Source: Octopus sinensis
Lineage: Eukaryota
Direction: 5' to 3'
DNA length: 64,000 bases
Assembly: GCF_006345805.1 (NCBI RefSeq)
Contig: NC_043006.1
Coordinates: 27,156,001 to 27,220,000, forward strand
Shown: piece by piece, positions 12,394-23,784 of the stretch
Layout of the letters: each line of letters starts with the position of its first letter
Position numbering within the stretch: position 1 is the stretch's first letter
Translations under genes and position numbers: made by a program
Notes under the pieces: model-generated
What the model was told of the DNA's origin: nothing
Seen by the model: only the letters and a program-made list of their open reading frames with translations
Databases searched by the model: none

Positions 12394-13713
12394 TTAGGGT
12401 GGAGTTCTTAAATTTACATCTTCAGTCACTACAGTCCACTTGAAATTTTGAATAATGTGAAGAAAAAAAAAAAAATCAATCTATAACACGTTTGCTATTT
12501 TTCATTTTATTTTTTACATTCATTGTCACAAATTGATTTTCTTTTGCAAAATCTTTTAAAAACACAAAATATTAAAATCTCAAGCTATAAATTTTCACAT
12601 CTTCAGGCTGTGCAACGCACTTGAAATTTCGAAATTATGTGAAATAAATAGACTTTTTGACTTTGCTTTCTTTATTTTTAATACTAGGTCACCGAATATA
12701 TGTGTTACCTCAGGTCTACATTACACATTCATTAAAATAAAATTACATGTAAACCAATTTTTGATTCTTGACACATTTTGGTGATAAAAATAATTAACCT
12801 TTTTAATTTATTCAAAATAATTTCAGTTTTTAAAGGAGTTGCACTTGCAACAGGAAATGTTAAATCTTTTGTTGCATTATTTTTAAACACATTACATTTT
12901 GTTTGAAACGATGGCACATTTGTTTTTCTATTTTTCACAGATTTTAGTAATGCTTGGTTTAGATAAAAGTTTAAGATTTTCGGTTGAACTGACTCAATCA
13001 TAACACAAAGGATGGATGCCTATTGGCAAAGAAGAATTATCTTTCCTGCTACAATCTTGACAATTTGTTTAATTGAAGGATCTTTCTTAACTACATTCTT
13101 TTCTTTTTCCCATTCAAATAAAACACATTTTAATACGTCCTTGTAAGTTGGCAAAACTCGCTCACTAAGATCACATGGAGTACCAAATATTGGGCTTTCA
13201 ATATCATGATGCATTATTGGTTTATGAGTCATCTCTAAATGTAATCAACACTAAATTTAAAACGATCATTAACTTTAATACAATGCCCTAAAGTCAAGGT
13301 GCAAAGCAGAAAACTTCACGCACGTACCATATACGTCCACTGCAACGATTGTTGCAGTGGCACTGGAGAGAAGTTCACACTCCCATTCTCTTTATAGTCA
13401 ATGCAGAACCTCAAGATATTAGTCAATTGTATTGACTAATATCTTGATATTAATCAGTTGGTATGCAATGTCTTAAGGATACTATATTTACTGTTTTGCA
13501 GTCTGCTATGTAGAAATATGTATTTGTTACAACTTATAATCCATGATATCCAAAATTCAACCAAAAATTTAAAAATTTTCAATTGCATTGTGGAGCCTGA
13601 AAAAATATTTAACTGCAAAGTTCTTTATACACCTTTCTTTTAACTGTAATTTGCAACAAAATATCAATTCTTAGTTGCTAATTTCAAAAGTTGCCTTTTT
13701 CACTCCATCCTGA
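12394..13713 (-). mobile_element. TIR-bounded DNA transposon remnant (N-terminal transposase part)
   Basis: Imperfect TIRs tattagggtggagtt and (rc) tatcaggatggagtg. Decayed ORFs SPIFGTPCDLSERVLPTYKDVL...KDPSIKQIVKIVA and RFNISCCKC. Superfamily not assignable by eye. Confidence 0.65.
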
Positions 13714-13726
13714 TATGTGTATATAT

Positions 13727-13933
13727 ATTTATCTGTAAAATAATATGTAACAATTATTCAATAGCCAAGATAAAACTGAGTTTCAGATGCCGAGGTGGAA
13801 ATCCACACCATCTCTTCGGTTATCTGGCCAGATAACCGAAGAGATGGTGTTGTGGATTTCCACCACGGCATCTGAAACTCAGAGTTTTATCTTGGCTATT
13901 GAATAATTGTCACATATTATTTTACAGATAAAT
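13727..13933. repeat. ~207-bp spacer-less palindrome
   Basis: Arms of 101 and 106 bp centred on tctgg|ccaga (13827/13828), with two small indels and a few mismatches. Confidence 0.9.
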
Positions 13934-14499
13934 TTCCTCTATTTACATAATATTGAGGTATCTTTTGTTATCTTACCATTTTTACCAGTATATATATATA
14001 GTAATATATGTGTAAAAAGGTTGAATTAGATTCGTCCTTTAGTTTCGAGGTTTCCAAAAAAGATTTCTAATACTTCATATTTTGCTGGTAGTTTACAGGC
14101 GTAAATTTGCAAATATGAAAATAATACTTGTATATGATGTGATGTGAATTTATGGAAAGAAATCCCATAAAACTCAACAATTTTGTTAAAAATGGAAAAG
14201 AGATGTTAAAATCTTCTCGTACAGAGATATAAAAATCATGCAAATTCATGATTGAATTAATTAAATTAATTATATATCACTGTACTCTTCAATGCAAGAA
14301 GTATAAATAAAATTTTTACAAAGGACTTGAGAAAGGAAATAGAATAGAATCTAGGAGATGTGAAAATATAAGTAAAAGAGGTTTCAGAGACGTTCCCTCT
14401 ATAGATGAGTAAGGAGATTAGAAATTTTAACTCCAATTTTTACATAATGCCTACGCAAGTTTTTACCAAACTTGGTGTGCTGACTTAATGCAGTGCAGA

Positions 14500-14960
14500 A
14501 GCAGTATATCAAGCTGATACAACAAGTGTGAACACTGGGAAAAGAAATGGCATTGTCATTCAGTTGCAAAGACTGTTTGCTCAAAAGGGTTTGAGAGAAC
14601 TGCAATTTATTGGTTGTCAGCATCATATCCTTGATAGTGTTCTTCATGTTGTAATGGTTAACGAACTTGGAGGAAAAAAATCATCTCCCAATATTGAACA
14701 TACACTCATTCCAGAGCTTCTAAGTAATTATGAAAAGCTCCAGGCTAATTTCAACAATGGTGAAGAAAAGATTACTGAATCAGCAGGATGGTGAGATGAC
14801 ATGAAATTTCTATTTCATTTGACCAGAGTTTTCCATTTCTTTGAAGAAACCGGAACATTTCCTACTTTGAAGTTTCAAAAAATACCCAGCTTAAGTAATG
14901 CAAGATGGAATTCTTGAGCAATACTAGCTCTTTTGTCATTTATTCTTCTACCAGAGAAAT
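14500..14960 (+). pseudogene. DDE transposase fragment with a C(2)H motif
   Basis: ADTTSVNTGKRNG...FIGCQHHILD...W*DDMKFL...NARWNS*AILALL. Two in-frame TGA stops are consistent with CGA->TGA CpG decay. Confidence 0.7.
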
Positions 14961-14976
14961 AATTAATTTCATTAAC

Positions 14977-15127
14977 TTAATAAACCAACATAAAGGCTAT
15001 AATGAGAAGACTGTCTATAGAACTGATGTTCTTATAAGCATATAAAAGCCGAAATCCCACTTCTAGCATGTCTTTCCTTGCATGCTGACAACCTTGCAAT
15101 GTTTTCAAATGGAATGGTTCCAGAAGT
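14977..15127 (-). CDS. MtnK-like gene, terminal coding exon 8
   Basis: ctttctgttatttttcag|A CTT...TAA, phase 2. Encodes LLEPFHLKTLQGCQHARKDMLEVGFRLLYAYKNISSIDSLLIIAFMLVY*. The summed CDS is 1188 nt = 395 aa + stop, close to typical MtnK length (about 400 aa). Confidence 0.75.
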
Positions 15128-15329
15128 CTGAAAAATAACAGAAAGATATGGTCTTTTATTATCATTATCAAAGGAACAGAATTGTATTAAATTTCATTAT
15201 CAAGGGATCCTCCACATAGTTATTATAATTGCTAGAAATAACAATGACACCCTACAAAAACAAAAAGATCACATTATATAAGGTGCAAGATACAGTATGT
15301 AAAAAAATGATAGCCTGGTAATGGATGGA

Positions 15330-15590
15330 ACATCTTTCATCATAAGTCTACTGAACTGCTAAGTTATAGGAATGTAAACACCAACACTAGTTGTCAAGTG
15401 GCGGTTGGGGGGACAAACACAGATACCAAGAAACACACACACACATAATAGGTTTCTGTCTACCAAGTCCACTCACAAGGCTTTGCTTGGTCCGAGGCTA
15501 TAGTAGAAGATACTTGCCCAAGGTACCATGCAATGGGACTGAACCTGGAGCCACATGGTTGCGAAACAAGCTTCTTACCACAGGCAGGTC
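15330..15590 (-). mobile_element. Degraded tRNA-SINE copy
   Basis: Same family as 8225-8708, with internal deletions. Confidence 0.6.
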
Positions 15591-15859
15591 TACACATGAT
15601 ACAAGGTGTCCAAAAGGTCTCTCCGCAGTAAATATTTAATGGTTTTTGGGCAATTCTTGTACACTGATCTTTTACTTGCTCCCTAGAAAAACGTCTGGCA
15701 GTGTTAAATCAGATGATCTTGGTGGCCAAAGTCCCTTTGAAATACTCCATTCACCAAAAAACTCTTGAAGTAGCTTCATGGTGATGCGCAGGATGAAAAA
15801 AATTCACTGTGAAGAGACTTTTTGAACACCCCGTTTTACATATATGTATCTCTCTTTTT

Positions 15860-16268
15860 TTTACTCTCTCTTTTACTTGTTTCGGTCATTTGACTGTGGC
15901 CATGCTGGAGCACCACCTTTTAGTTGAGCAAATCGACCCCAGGACTTATTCTTATGCAAGCCCAGTACTTATTCTATCGGTCTCTTTTGCTGAACCACTA
16001 AGTTATGGGGACGTAAACACACGAGCATCGGTTGTCAAGCGATGTTGGGGGGCGGGGAACAAACACAGATACACAAACATATACACATACACACACATAT
16101 ATATATATATATACGACGGCCTTCTTTCAGTTTCCGTCTACCAAATCCACTCACAAGGCTTTGGTCAGCCCGAGGCTATAGTAGAAGACACTTGCCCAAG
16201 GTGCCATGCAGTGGGACTGAACCCAGAACCATGTGGTTGGTAAGCAAGCTACTTACCACACAGCCACT
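15860..16268 (-). mobile_element. tRNA-derived SINE
   Basis: Full-length-like copy of the 8225-8708 family. Confidence 0.8.
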
Positions 16269-16731
16269 CATATATATATATATATACATATTTTTTAATA
16301 ATATATTATTATTATTAATATAAGGAAATTAATATCCAAATTCATCATAAAGATATACCTGTGTGAAAGAACTTATTATATTAAAAATATATATAAATAA
16401 ATAAATATAAAAATATAAATATAATGTATAAAATAAATTTGATAATTTAAAAGTTTTGAATTAATTATTTAAGCGTCTTACGATTGTTTTGCAGAAGAGT
16501 TGTCCCTATAATGAAATCCTATATTGATAAGCATTTATAGACAACCCTTCTGCTCTTCAGAGATATAAAATATGAATATTGTATAATATATCGAATGATA
16601 TATTAAAAAAATATGTATATATCGCTCGTATTAAATATATAAATACTTTAATAGTATTAATATTTTTATACACTGGAGCACTCAATATAAATTCAGTATA
16701 TAATATTCTTATTGACTATATTTACCTAAAG

Positions 16732-16765
<34 letters not shown>

Positions 16766-17220
16766 ATAATTAAATAGGGTAATAAAAATGAATTATTACC
16801 AGTGACCTAGCACAAAAGACGAATTAGTCATTAGACTATATATTATTCATATAGAATACCCTATATTATTATGTTTAAATATTGCTTGATTAATTTGTTC
16901 GTAAATTTTTTACCGGCATCCTCTCTGTCGCCGGGTATGGTTTGCGTCTGCGCAGAGGTTTGAAAAGTTAGGATATACAAACTGTTAGAGCTACATGTGC
17001 TTCTAACAGTCAGTGCATCTAGGATTACGAAGGCATCCCACTGAAGAACCTGGCCTTGGCAAATATATTTTGTTTGTTTGCTAAAAATAGGTAGAAACCG
17101 TTGGTCTGGGATATAGTTGAGATGGTAAATGTTTTTAATTTTCATTCCTTTCATGAATTTATCCCTTTTTGTGTTCTAGCACAACATTTCCTTATTTGGA
17201 AGCCTTTTATTGTATTTATA

Positions 17221-17272
<52 letters not shown>

Positions 17273-17451
17273 TACACACATGTATATACACATACATATA
17301 TCATCATCTTTTAGCATCTGTTTTCCATGCTGGCTTGGGTTGATTTAGTGATAGAAGCAAATAGGAAATAACAGTTACTGACCAAAAACAAATAAATAAA
17401 TAACTAAACATTTTGTTACACAATGTAATTAGTAATTGGCTTGGAACTCAC

Positions 17452-17542
17452 CGCTTAATAATTTCACATCCAGTGAATCCAGCAACCTCAGACCAAAATT
17501 TCTGATCTGATTTCAGCTTCATTAATTCAGTGTACTTTAACC
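17452..17542 (-). CDS. MtnK-like gene, exon 7
   Basis: tatttcag|GG TTA...AAG CG|gtgag, phase 1-2. Encodes (G)LKYTELMKLKSDQKFWSEVAGFTGCEIIK(R), cf. MtnK WRDAVGFCGTELIRR. Confidence 0.85.
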
Positions 17543-17869
17543 CTGAAATAAAAAAAATAAATGTTACTACTAATGTAGTGTATTTCAAAGTCTTCTGGGT
17601 TTTGCTGCTTATTTCCTTTTTTCAATAATAAACGTCCAATGGAATAAGTTTTGCTTAAGCAATTGTTGTTGTTGTTGCTGATTAAGCCCAGGTCAGTTCT
17701 TATGAAGCAGATGAACAGTGAGTGGCAAATTGAGTCAAACAGACTAGAGAAGCAATTAGGAGGAAAAGATCAAACAAGAATCTAAATACAATCCAATTCG
17801 CCATAATGTATGGGCACACACACTTTTGACAAAAATCAAACAATTGGCAATTTAGGCTGATTAGTGATC

Positions 17870-18121
17870 CCTGCCATCAACTGTTTAGTACAGATCTGGT
17901 ACCCCCCTATTTTGATTCAATAAAAGATAGTCTTTTGGGACAACAATTTGATGATACAGACATGATGAAGTAGGCATAAGAATGCAACCTTGAATTTTTT
18001 CTAAGAGGATTTGAGATTTGGGTTGAACAATGGTGCAACTACATTGCTTGTGATTGAGATTGTTGAGTAATACCTTTGTATAGAGGACAGACTACCAGCA
18101 TGTACAATTTGAACAACCTCA
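17870..18121 (+). mobile_element. mariner transposon 3' fragment
   Basis: Decayed LFDSIKDSL.GQQF...FFLRGFEIWVEQWCNYIAC, ending ttgaacaacctcat (TIR-like). Confidence 0.5.
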
Positions 18122-18199
18122 TCAACATCATCATTTAATGTTCATTTTCCATGCCAATAAATAAAAAGCTGAGCCCACTTATGAATTATTTTTGTTATA

Positions 18200-19750
18200 A
18201 CTCTTGTGCATGCTAACCATTGCTCAAGAAATTACTAACTGGTCCCATAGAAGAAGAATTATATAACTTACAGGGAGAAGGAAAATCTATTATCAGAAAA
18301 TTTGGAGAGGAATTTTTAATAGAGACTTGGTATCTCCATTACTTTATGTGATTGCATTGATTCCTTTGACAAACATACTGAAAAAAATTCAAACTTGCTT
18401 ATAAGCTTGCTAAGACTAGGGAGAAAAATCCTCTGCTACATATGGATAACCTGAAACTACACTATAAATGAAAAAGACCTAGATTCTGTTTACAGTAAGA
18501 ATATTTAGCATGGATATTGGTATGCAGTTTGGAGTGAATAAGTGAGGAGTTTTAATTACAGAGAGAGGTTGAAAGATTAAATCTGATAGTAAAAAGATAC
18601 AATAGATTGCTCAAAGAGAATGAAAGAAAGAAGTATTTATGGTTGTTGCAGGATGATAAGTTAATGGAAAGGTGCTTGAAAAAAAAACTAAATAGAGGTA
18701 ATATCAAAGCAATTAATGTGGACCATGCTGATATTGAGATACTCTGCTCCTGGACTAAGACATAGCTGCAGGAATTAGATAGAACAACTAGGAAGCTACT
18801 TACAATACACAACTGGCAACATACTAAAAGTAATATCATCAGGCTCTACATACCAGGAACGGATCAAAAGTTTGTTAATAACAGAAGATACCATCAATAC
18901 TGCAATTTTCAGTTGTGGATAGTAAAAAAAAGAATATCTGCAGAAAGAAATATCAAAGAAGTCACTAAAACAAAGAATAAGAGAACAAATAGCTGGAAAG
19001 ACAATCAACCCTATGGCCAATTCATGCAACAAACCAAGGTTGTTAGCAGTGAAGAATGCTGGTTGAGCAGTGAAGAATGCTGACAGAAGGAAACCTGAAA
19101 CAAGAAACTGATTCTCTGATTACAACCACTCAGGGTAAACACATTAGAACAAATTTGAGAAAGATAGAGATTGATAAATCTCAGAGAGCAAACGTAGAAT
19201 GTGGAGAAAAATGGATGAAAGTATTTCATAAGTGAGTGCAATAAACTAGCTCAAAATGAGTGTAAGTACAGGCATGACTATGTCAGTAAAAGGGTGCACA
19301 GGAATGTTAGCCAAGTTTGTGGATTCAAGGTGACAAAAAAGTGATATGAATACACAGTAGAGAGTGTGGTGGTAAATGATAATTACAAGATTTTATAATA
19401 TTTCTCCAGAGAGACTGAAATAAGAAGACCAAATATGATTGTAGAAGACAGAAAGAACAGTGCAAGATCATAGAATTCGCAATACCATATGATGCTAGTA
19501 GAGTGAATATCAAGAAAAGTAAGAAATGCTAGGACTGAGCTAGAAAGATGAAGAGATTGTGGAAAACAAATATGATACTTGTTCCTGTGGTAATTGGTGT
19601 ACTTTGTACAACACCCAAATTGCTACTTTGAACGATATTGGAACTGCTACCTTGAAGGATATTGGAATTGAGATATGCGTTGTCAACCTGCAGAAAAGTG
19701 GCATTCTGTATTCTTGAGATTTTATGAGACTTGTCACCAAACCTTAGGAT
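18200..19750 (+). mobile_element. R4/Dong-type non-LTR retrotransposon remnant (RT C-terminus plus restriction-like endonuclease)
   Basis: Decayed LLHMDNLKL, TVRIFSMDIGMQFGVNK, ECNKLAQNE.KYRHD, RRPNMIVED..IIEFAIPYD and LVPVVIGVL motifs. Confidence 0.75.
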
Positions 19751-20296
19751 AACATTGCTGCTAATAAAATTTGCAAGCAATAGCTTTTGAATGATGCTGA
19801 TGATGGTGGTCATGGTGACAATAGTCAGCAGCAGTATCATCATTATTATCATCATACAAAAACGATCACATGTTAATTTAGTCAGCATAAATTGATCCTG
19901 AGGTTTAGAATATTATCATGAGATTTAAATTTCCACAAATCTTAATTCTTGCAGAATATAGGCTAGCACTTTCTACTGGTCGACAGTACAGTCCTTTTGA
20001 AAATATACCTTGGAGGCTGTTTCGCTTGAGATACACAGAACTTCTTTTATTATTCTCATCACCATAAATGCAGTTAGTCAGTGACTAGTAAACAATATTG
20101 CTCATCAAATAAGATATAGAAAAACTAAATATGGTTCTTCTGCTAAAATTTGAAAGTGGCATTGCAAAGAATCAAGCAAGTTATCAACTCAGTGTGTGTG
20201 TGTGTGCGTGCGTCTATGTGTGTGTGCATGCGTGTGTACGTGTGTGTGCAAGTGTGAAGTTCATAAATTTGGTGAGTCACCCATACCAACACCTAC

Positions 20297-20459
20297 CTGA
20301 AATCTTCATGAATTCAATCAAACATTGGCTGAACCGACTACAGGTGTCTGGCTGGTGAAAGTGCTCAAGATGGTAGTAAAAGAATGTAATGTAGTTAACA
20401 AGAAGACATGCCATATCATATGATACTGGGCCAATGTGGGAAAATTCAAAGTTAGTCAG
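20297..20459 (-). CDS. MtnK-like gene, exon 6 (metal-binding DxE region)
   Basis: tttttcag|CTG...TCA G|gtaggt, phase 0-1. Encodes LTNFEFSHIGPVSYDMACLLVNYITFFYYHLEHFHQPDTCSRFSQCLIEFMKIS, cf. MtnK [22 protein letters not shown]. Confidence 0.85.
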
Positions 20460-20666
20460 CTGAAAAATATAGAGTAAGTATGACATTAACTCACATTGAA
20501 AAAATGAACATGGAATGTTACAATTCACCAGTTGGCTCTCATAAGAATTTACATTATAAAATGGCTTTATTAGTTTAACATACACGTACACATGCATGTG
20601 AGTGTGTGTTTGTGTATGAATGTATATATATACACACATGCATAAATATATATAAGATACTTACAT

Positions 20667-20766
<100 letters not shown>

Positions 20767-21060
20767 GGAAGCGCAATGGTCCAGTGGTTAGGGCAGCGGA
20801 CTCATGGCTGTAGGATCGCGGTTTCGATTCCCAGACCAGGCGTGAGTGTTTATTGAGCGAAAACACCTAAAGCCCCATGAGGCTCCGGCAGGAGGTGGGT
20901 TGGCAATACCTGCTCTACTCTTTTGCCACATCTTTCTCTCACTCTTTCTTCTGTTGGCCAGCGGCGTGGCATCATTTGAAGGCAAAAACAATGTGAAGCG
21001 CATTGTGACCAGCGATGTGTAGCAACATCTGATAGCCTGGTCGGTCATGGTGATGGTGAT
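20767..21060 (+). mobile_element. Second tRNA-derived SINE family
   Basis: ggaagcgcaaTGGTCCAGTGGttagg (A box), GGTTTCGATTCC (B box), and a (GGTGAT)n tail. Confidence 0.75.
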
Positions 21061-21074
21061 ATATATATATATAT

Positions 21075-21425
21075 TACTCTTTACTTTCTCCCTTTTACTT
21101 GTCTCAGTCATTTGACTGCGGCCATGTAAGCCTAGTACTTATTCTATCGGTCTCTTTTGTTGAATCGCTAAGTTACGGGTATGTAAACACACCAGCATCG
21201 GTTGTCAAGCGATGTTGGGGGGACAAACACAGACACACAAACACATACACACACATACATATATACGACGGGCTTTTTTCAGTTTCTGTCTACCAAATCC
21301 ACTCACAAGGCTTTGGTCGGCCTGAAGCTATAGTAGAAGACACTTGCCCAAGGTGCCATGCAGTGGGACTGAACCTGGAACCATGTGGTTGGTAAGCAAG
21401 CTACTTACCACACAGCCACTCCTGC
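21075..21425 (-). mobile_element. tRNA-derived SINE
   Basis: Family of 8225-8708, inverted relative to the 24305-24710 copy. Confidence 0.8.
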
Positions 21426-21599
21426 ACCTATATATATACTTATATATATATACATACGTACATATATGATATAAATGCAACAAACAGTAAAAAAGACAAC
21501 AAATATAATAAGTATTAGATTAATGCTCTAATGAGAAGAGAGTCTTAACATTTTAACATTTTGAACATTAGTCCTTCATCAAAAGAAAGAGAAAAGAAT

Positions 21600-22360
21600 A
21601 GAGTGAGTGAGAAAGTCATTTTGTGTAAGCAGATTGAGGAACTTCTGCAATTCACTCTGGATCAAAATTTAGTTCAACGGTTGCCATCTTAACAACTGTT
21701 AAAATGGCAACCTTTGAGCTGCATTTTCATCTCGGAAGTCTACAGGTGCAGAAGTGACGTCATGTTGTTTTTGGCAAGAAACTCACAAGTGAGGAGAGCT
21801 TGGTGACAGGGTGCATTTTCATCATGAGAAATCCAATTCTTCACAATCCACAGATCCAGTAACTTTCGCCAAATAGCTTCCCTCAAATGCTTCAAAATGT
21901 TGTAGTAGAACTCTCAATTGACAGTCTGGCCCTGAGGGATGAATTCTCAATGCACAGTGCTACTTTTCTAGGCATGATGTTCATAGCAAGTCTTCCAGAT
22001 TGCTCATCCTCTTCCAGGGGCATCCTTCTGTTTTTGAAGTACCTGTACTACTCAAAACATAGCTTACAACCCATTGCGTCATCACTGTATGCTTGCCAAA
22101 GCATGTTCAATGTCTCTGTAGAAGGTTTCCCAAGTTTAATGCAAAATTTCATTTTGGCTCTTTGTTTCTGTCCATGACAAAGTCACGGGCTACAGCATAC
22201 TCATGACCACAAAAACACAAATTTCATAACCTGTGAAGTAAACACAGCAATGTCACTTGGCACATTGCCTCATGAAGGGCACTGCTAGCTCTCACTGTGC
22301 ATGCAACTGTGTGCTGCCATCTATTGGTGTGTTACAGAACTAGTCCAGGAACTTTTTGAT
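21600..22360 (-). mobile_element. mariner (SETMAR/Hsmar-like) transposon remnant
   Basis: Minus strand gives PLEEDEQSGRL (EDxxRSGRP motif). TIR-like atcaaaaagttcctggacta (minus strand) at about 22340-22360. Confidence 0.65.
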
Positions 22361-22836
22361 ACGAGGTAAAGAAGAAAAATATAAAACAGAAAATAGGCAG
22401 GCAGTTAGTAACCCTATGGGCATGCAGCTGTATGGTGGGAGATAAGAAGGGAGGAGAGATGGATATTTATGTGCGAGAATAAGAGTGTTTCTGTGTTTGA
22501 AAGTGGGAATATGGTTGGGTGGAGTGCTATAGGGATTTTGTTGGGTGGGTGTATTTGTGAAGATGTTTACAAGTGTGAAGTATAGTGGTGTAGAACAGGG
22601 AAGTGTGAGGTACTGGTGTGTGTGTGTCTGCATAAACACACACACACATTTGAATCAAGTATACATGGTTAATCTGGCAGCTGTGATTCATATCAACTCT
22701 TCTGTTTTTCTTCAGCTGTCTGTCTCTGAAACAAACTTAAACATTTTAATTTTCTTCTCTCCTCATCCTGCATTTTAGAATTTCTTTCTTTTTTTTTTCT
22801 TTGAAGACTGTATTTTGTGACTGAGAATCATGTTAA

Positions 22837-23023
22837 TCTATATTAATAAAAGCGAAATTCTGTCTGTCTGCCTGGAACCCCTGTATCTCAATCTGCCTTT
22901 GTTCTACATAGACATACTATACCTTTTTGGAATCAGGATGATCCCAGGATTGAAAATCTGCCCTTCATTTAGTTCTCGAACATCCAGCATTGGGATCTGA
23001 TTTAAAAGCATTTGGGTTGCTAG
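22837..23023 (+). mobile_element. Mini-Helitron candidate
   Basis: A|TCTATATTAATAAAAGCGAAATTCTGTCTGTC ... GTTGCTAG|T: TC/CTAG termini inserted in an AT dinucleotide. Confidence 0.5.
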
Positions 23024-23539
23024 TTCTAGCAGGTTGCTATTTCTTAACTGATTCACGCCATTTTGTTTGACATTTATCAGAGATCAAGGGGGAGGTAAAT
23101 GACATTCGTTTTGTAACTTTCACGTTGAGATATAAACTTTGAGGACAAATTGGCTAACAGTTGGAATTCAACTTAGGACTGGAACAATAGAATGATTGCA
23201 TTACAGAATTAATTCTCATCCGTCCTTAACCTCTGATCAAACACCACCGGGGTTTATAGTCATTATAGATGTATTATAGTCATGCTATTTAGCTGTCTTT
23301 AGTTTTGGGCTGCAGGCCCAATTAGCCCTCTGCAGGAGCTAGCTTAAAAGTCCGCATAGAGTGTGGCTTATAAGCTAGTTCTGTATAAATTTATTGTTTC
23401 AAAAAGTTGGAGTTCTTATCAAAGCACACCATAAAACTTTTTTTGTTTTTGTTTTAGATGATTTCTTTGGATTTACACGAATCTTATCTAGTAGATTACA
23501 ATGATATTTAAAAAATATTTTTCAAGTTTCATTTATTTT

Positions 23540-23723
23540 AAAATGTGTTCAAACTGCTGTTACAGCTGTCTCCTTCAATCTGGAATAAGAAAAGTTGTCA
23601 GGACAGGAAGAGCATTTGATTATAAAGCATTTGCCTCAAAAAAACTCTATTTGACCCAAACAAACAAGGCAAAGTGGTTTTTTAAAATGAAGATTATAAT
23701 ACACACACATGCGCACACACACG

Positions 23724-23784
<61 letters not shown>

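Noticed and set aside
15809-16243. Recurring ...GLNPEPCGW ORFs (also 8396 and 21099)
   Set aside because: Antisense translation of the tRNA-SINE.
16800-17120. Group I intron-like R/S motifs (agactata, gatatagt)
   Set aside because: Only short AT-rich matches, with no consistent P3/P4/P6/P7 architecture on either strand.
16861-17154. 97-aa minus-strand ORF, with a possible exon at about 17080-16915 whose start phase fits exon 7
   Set aside because: No similarity to MtnK. Its phase-1 end is incompatible with the phase-2 terminal exon at 15127, which itself fits the family.
20767-20840. tRNA gene candidates (also 8640-8708 and 56210-56300)
   Set aside because: A/B boxes are present but there is no complete cloverleaf and SINE bodies follow, so these are SINE heads.
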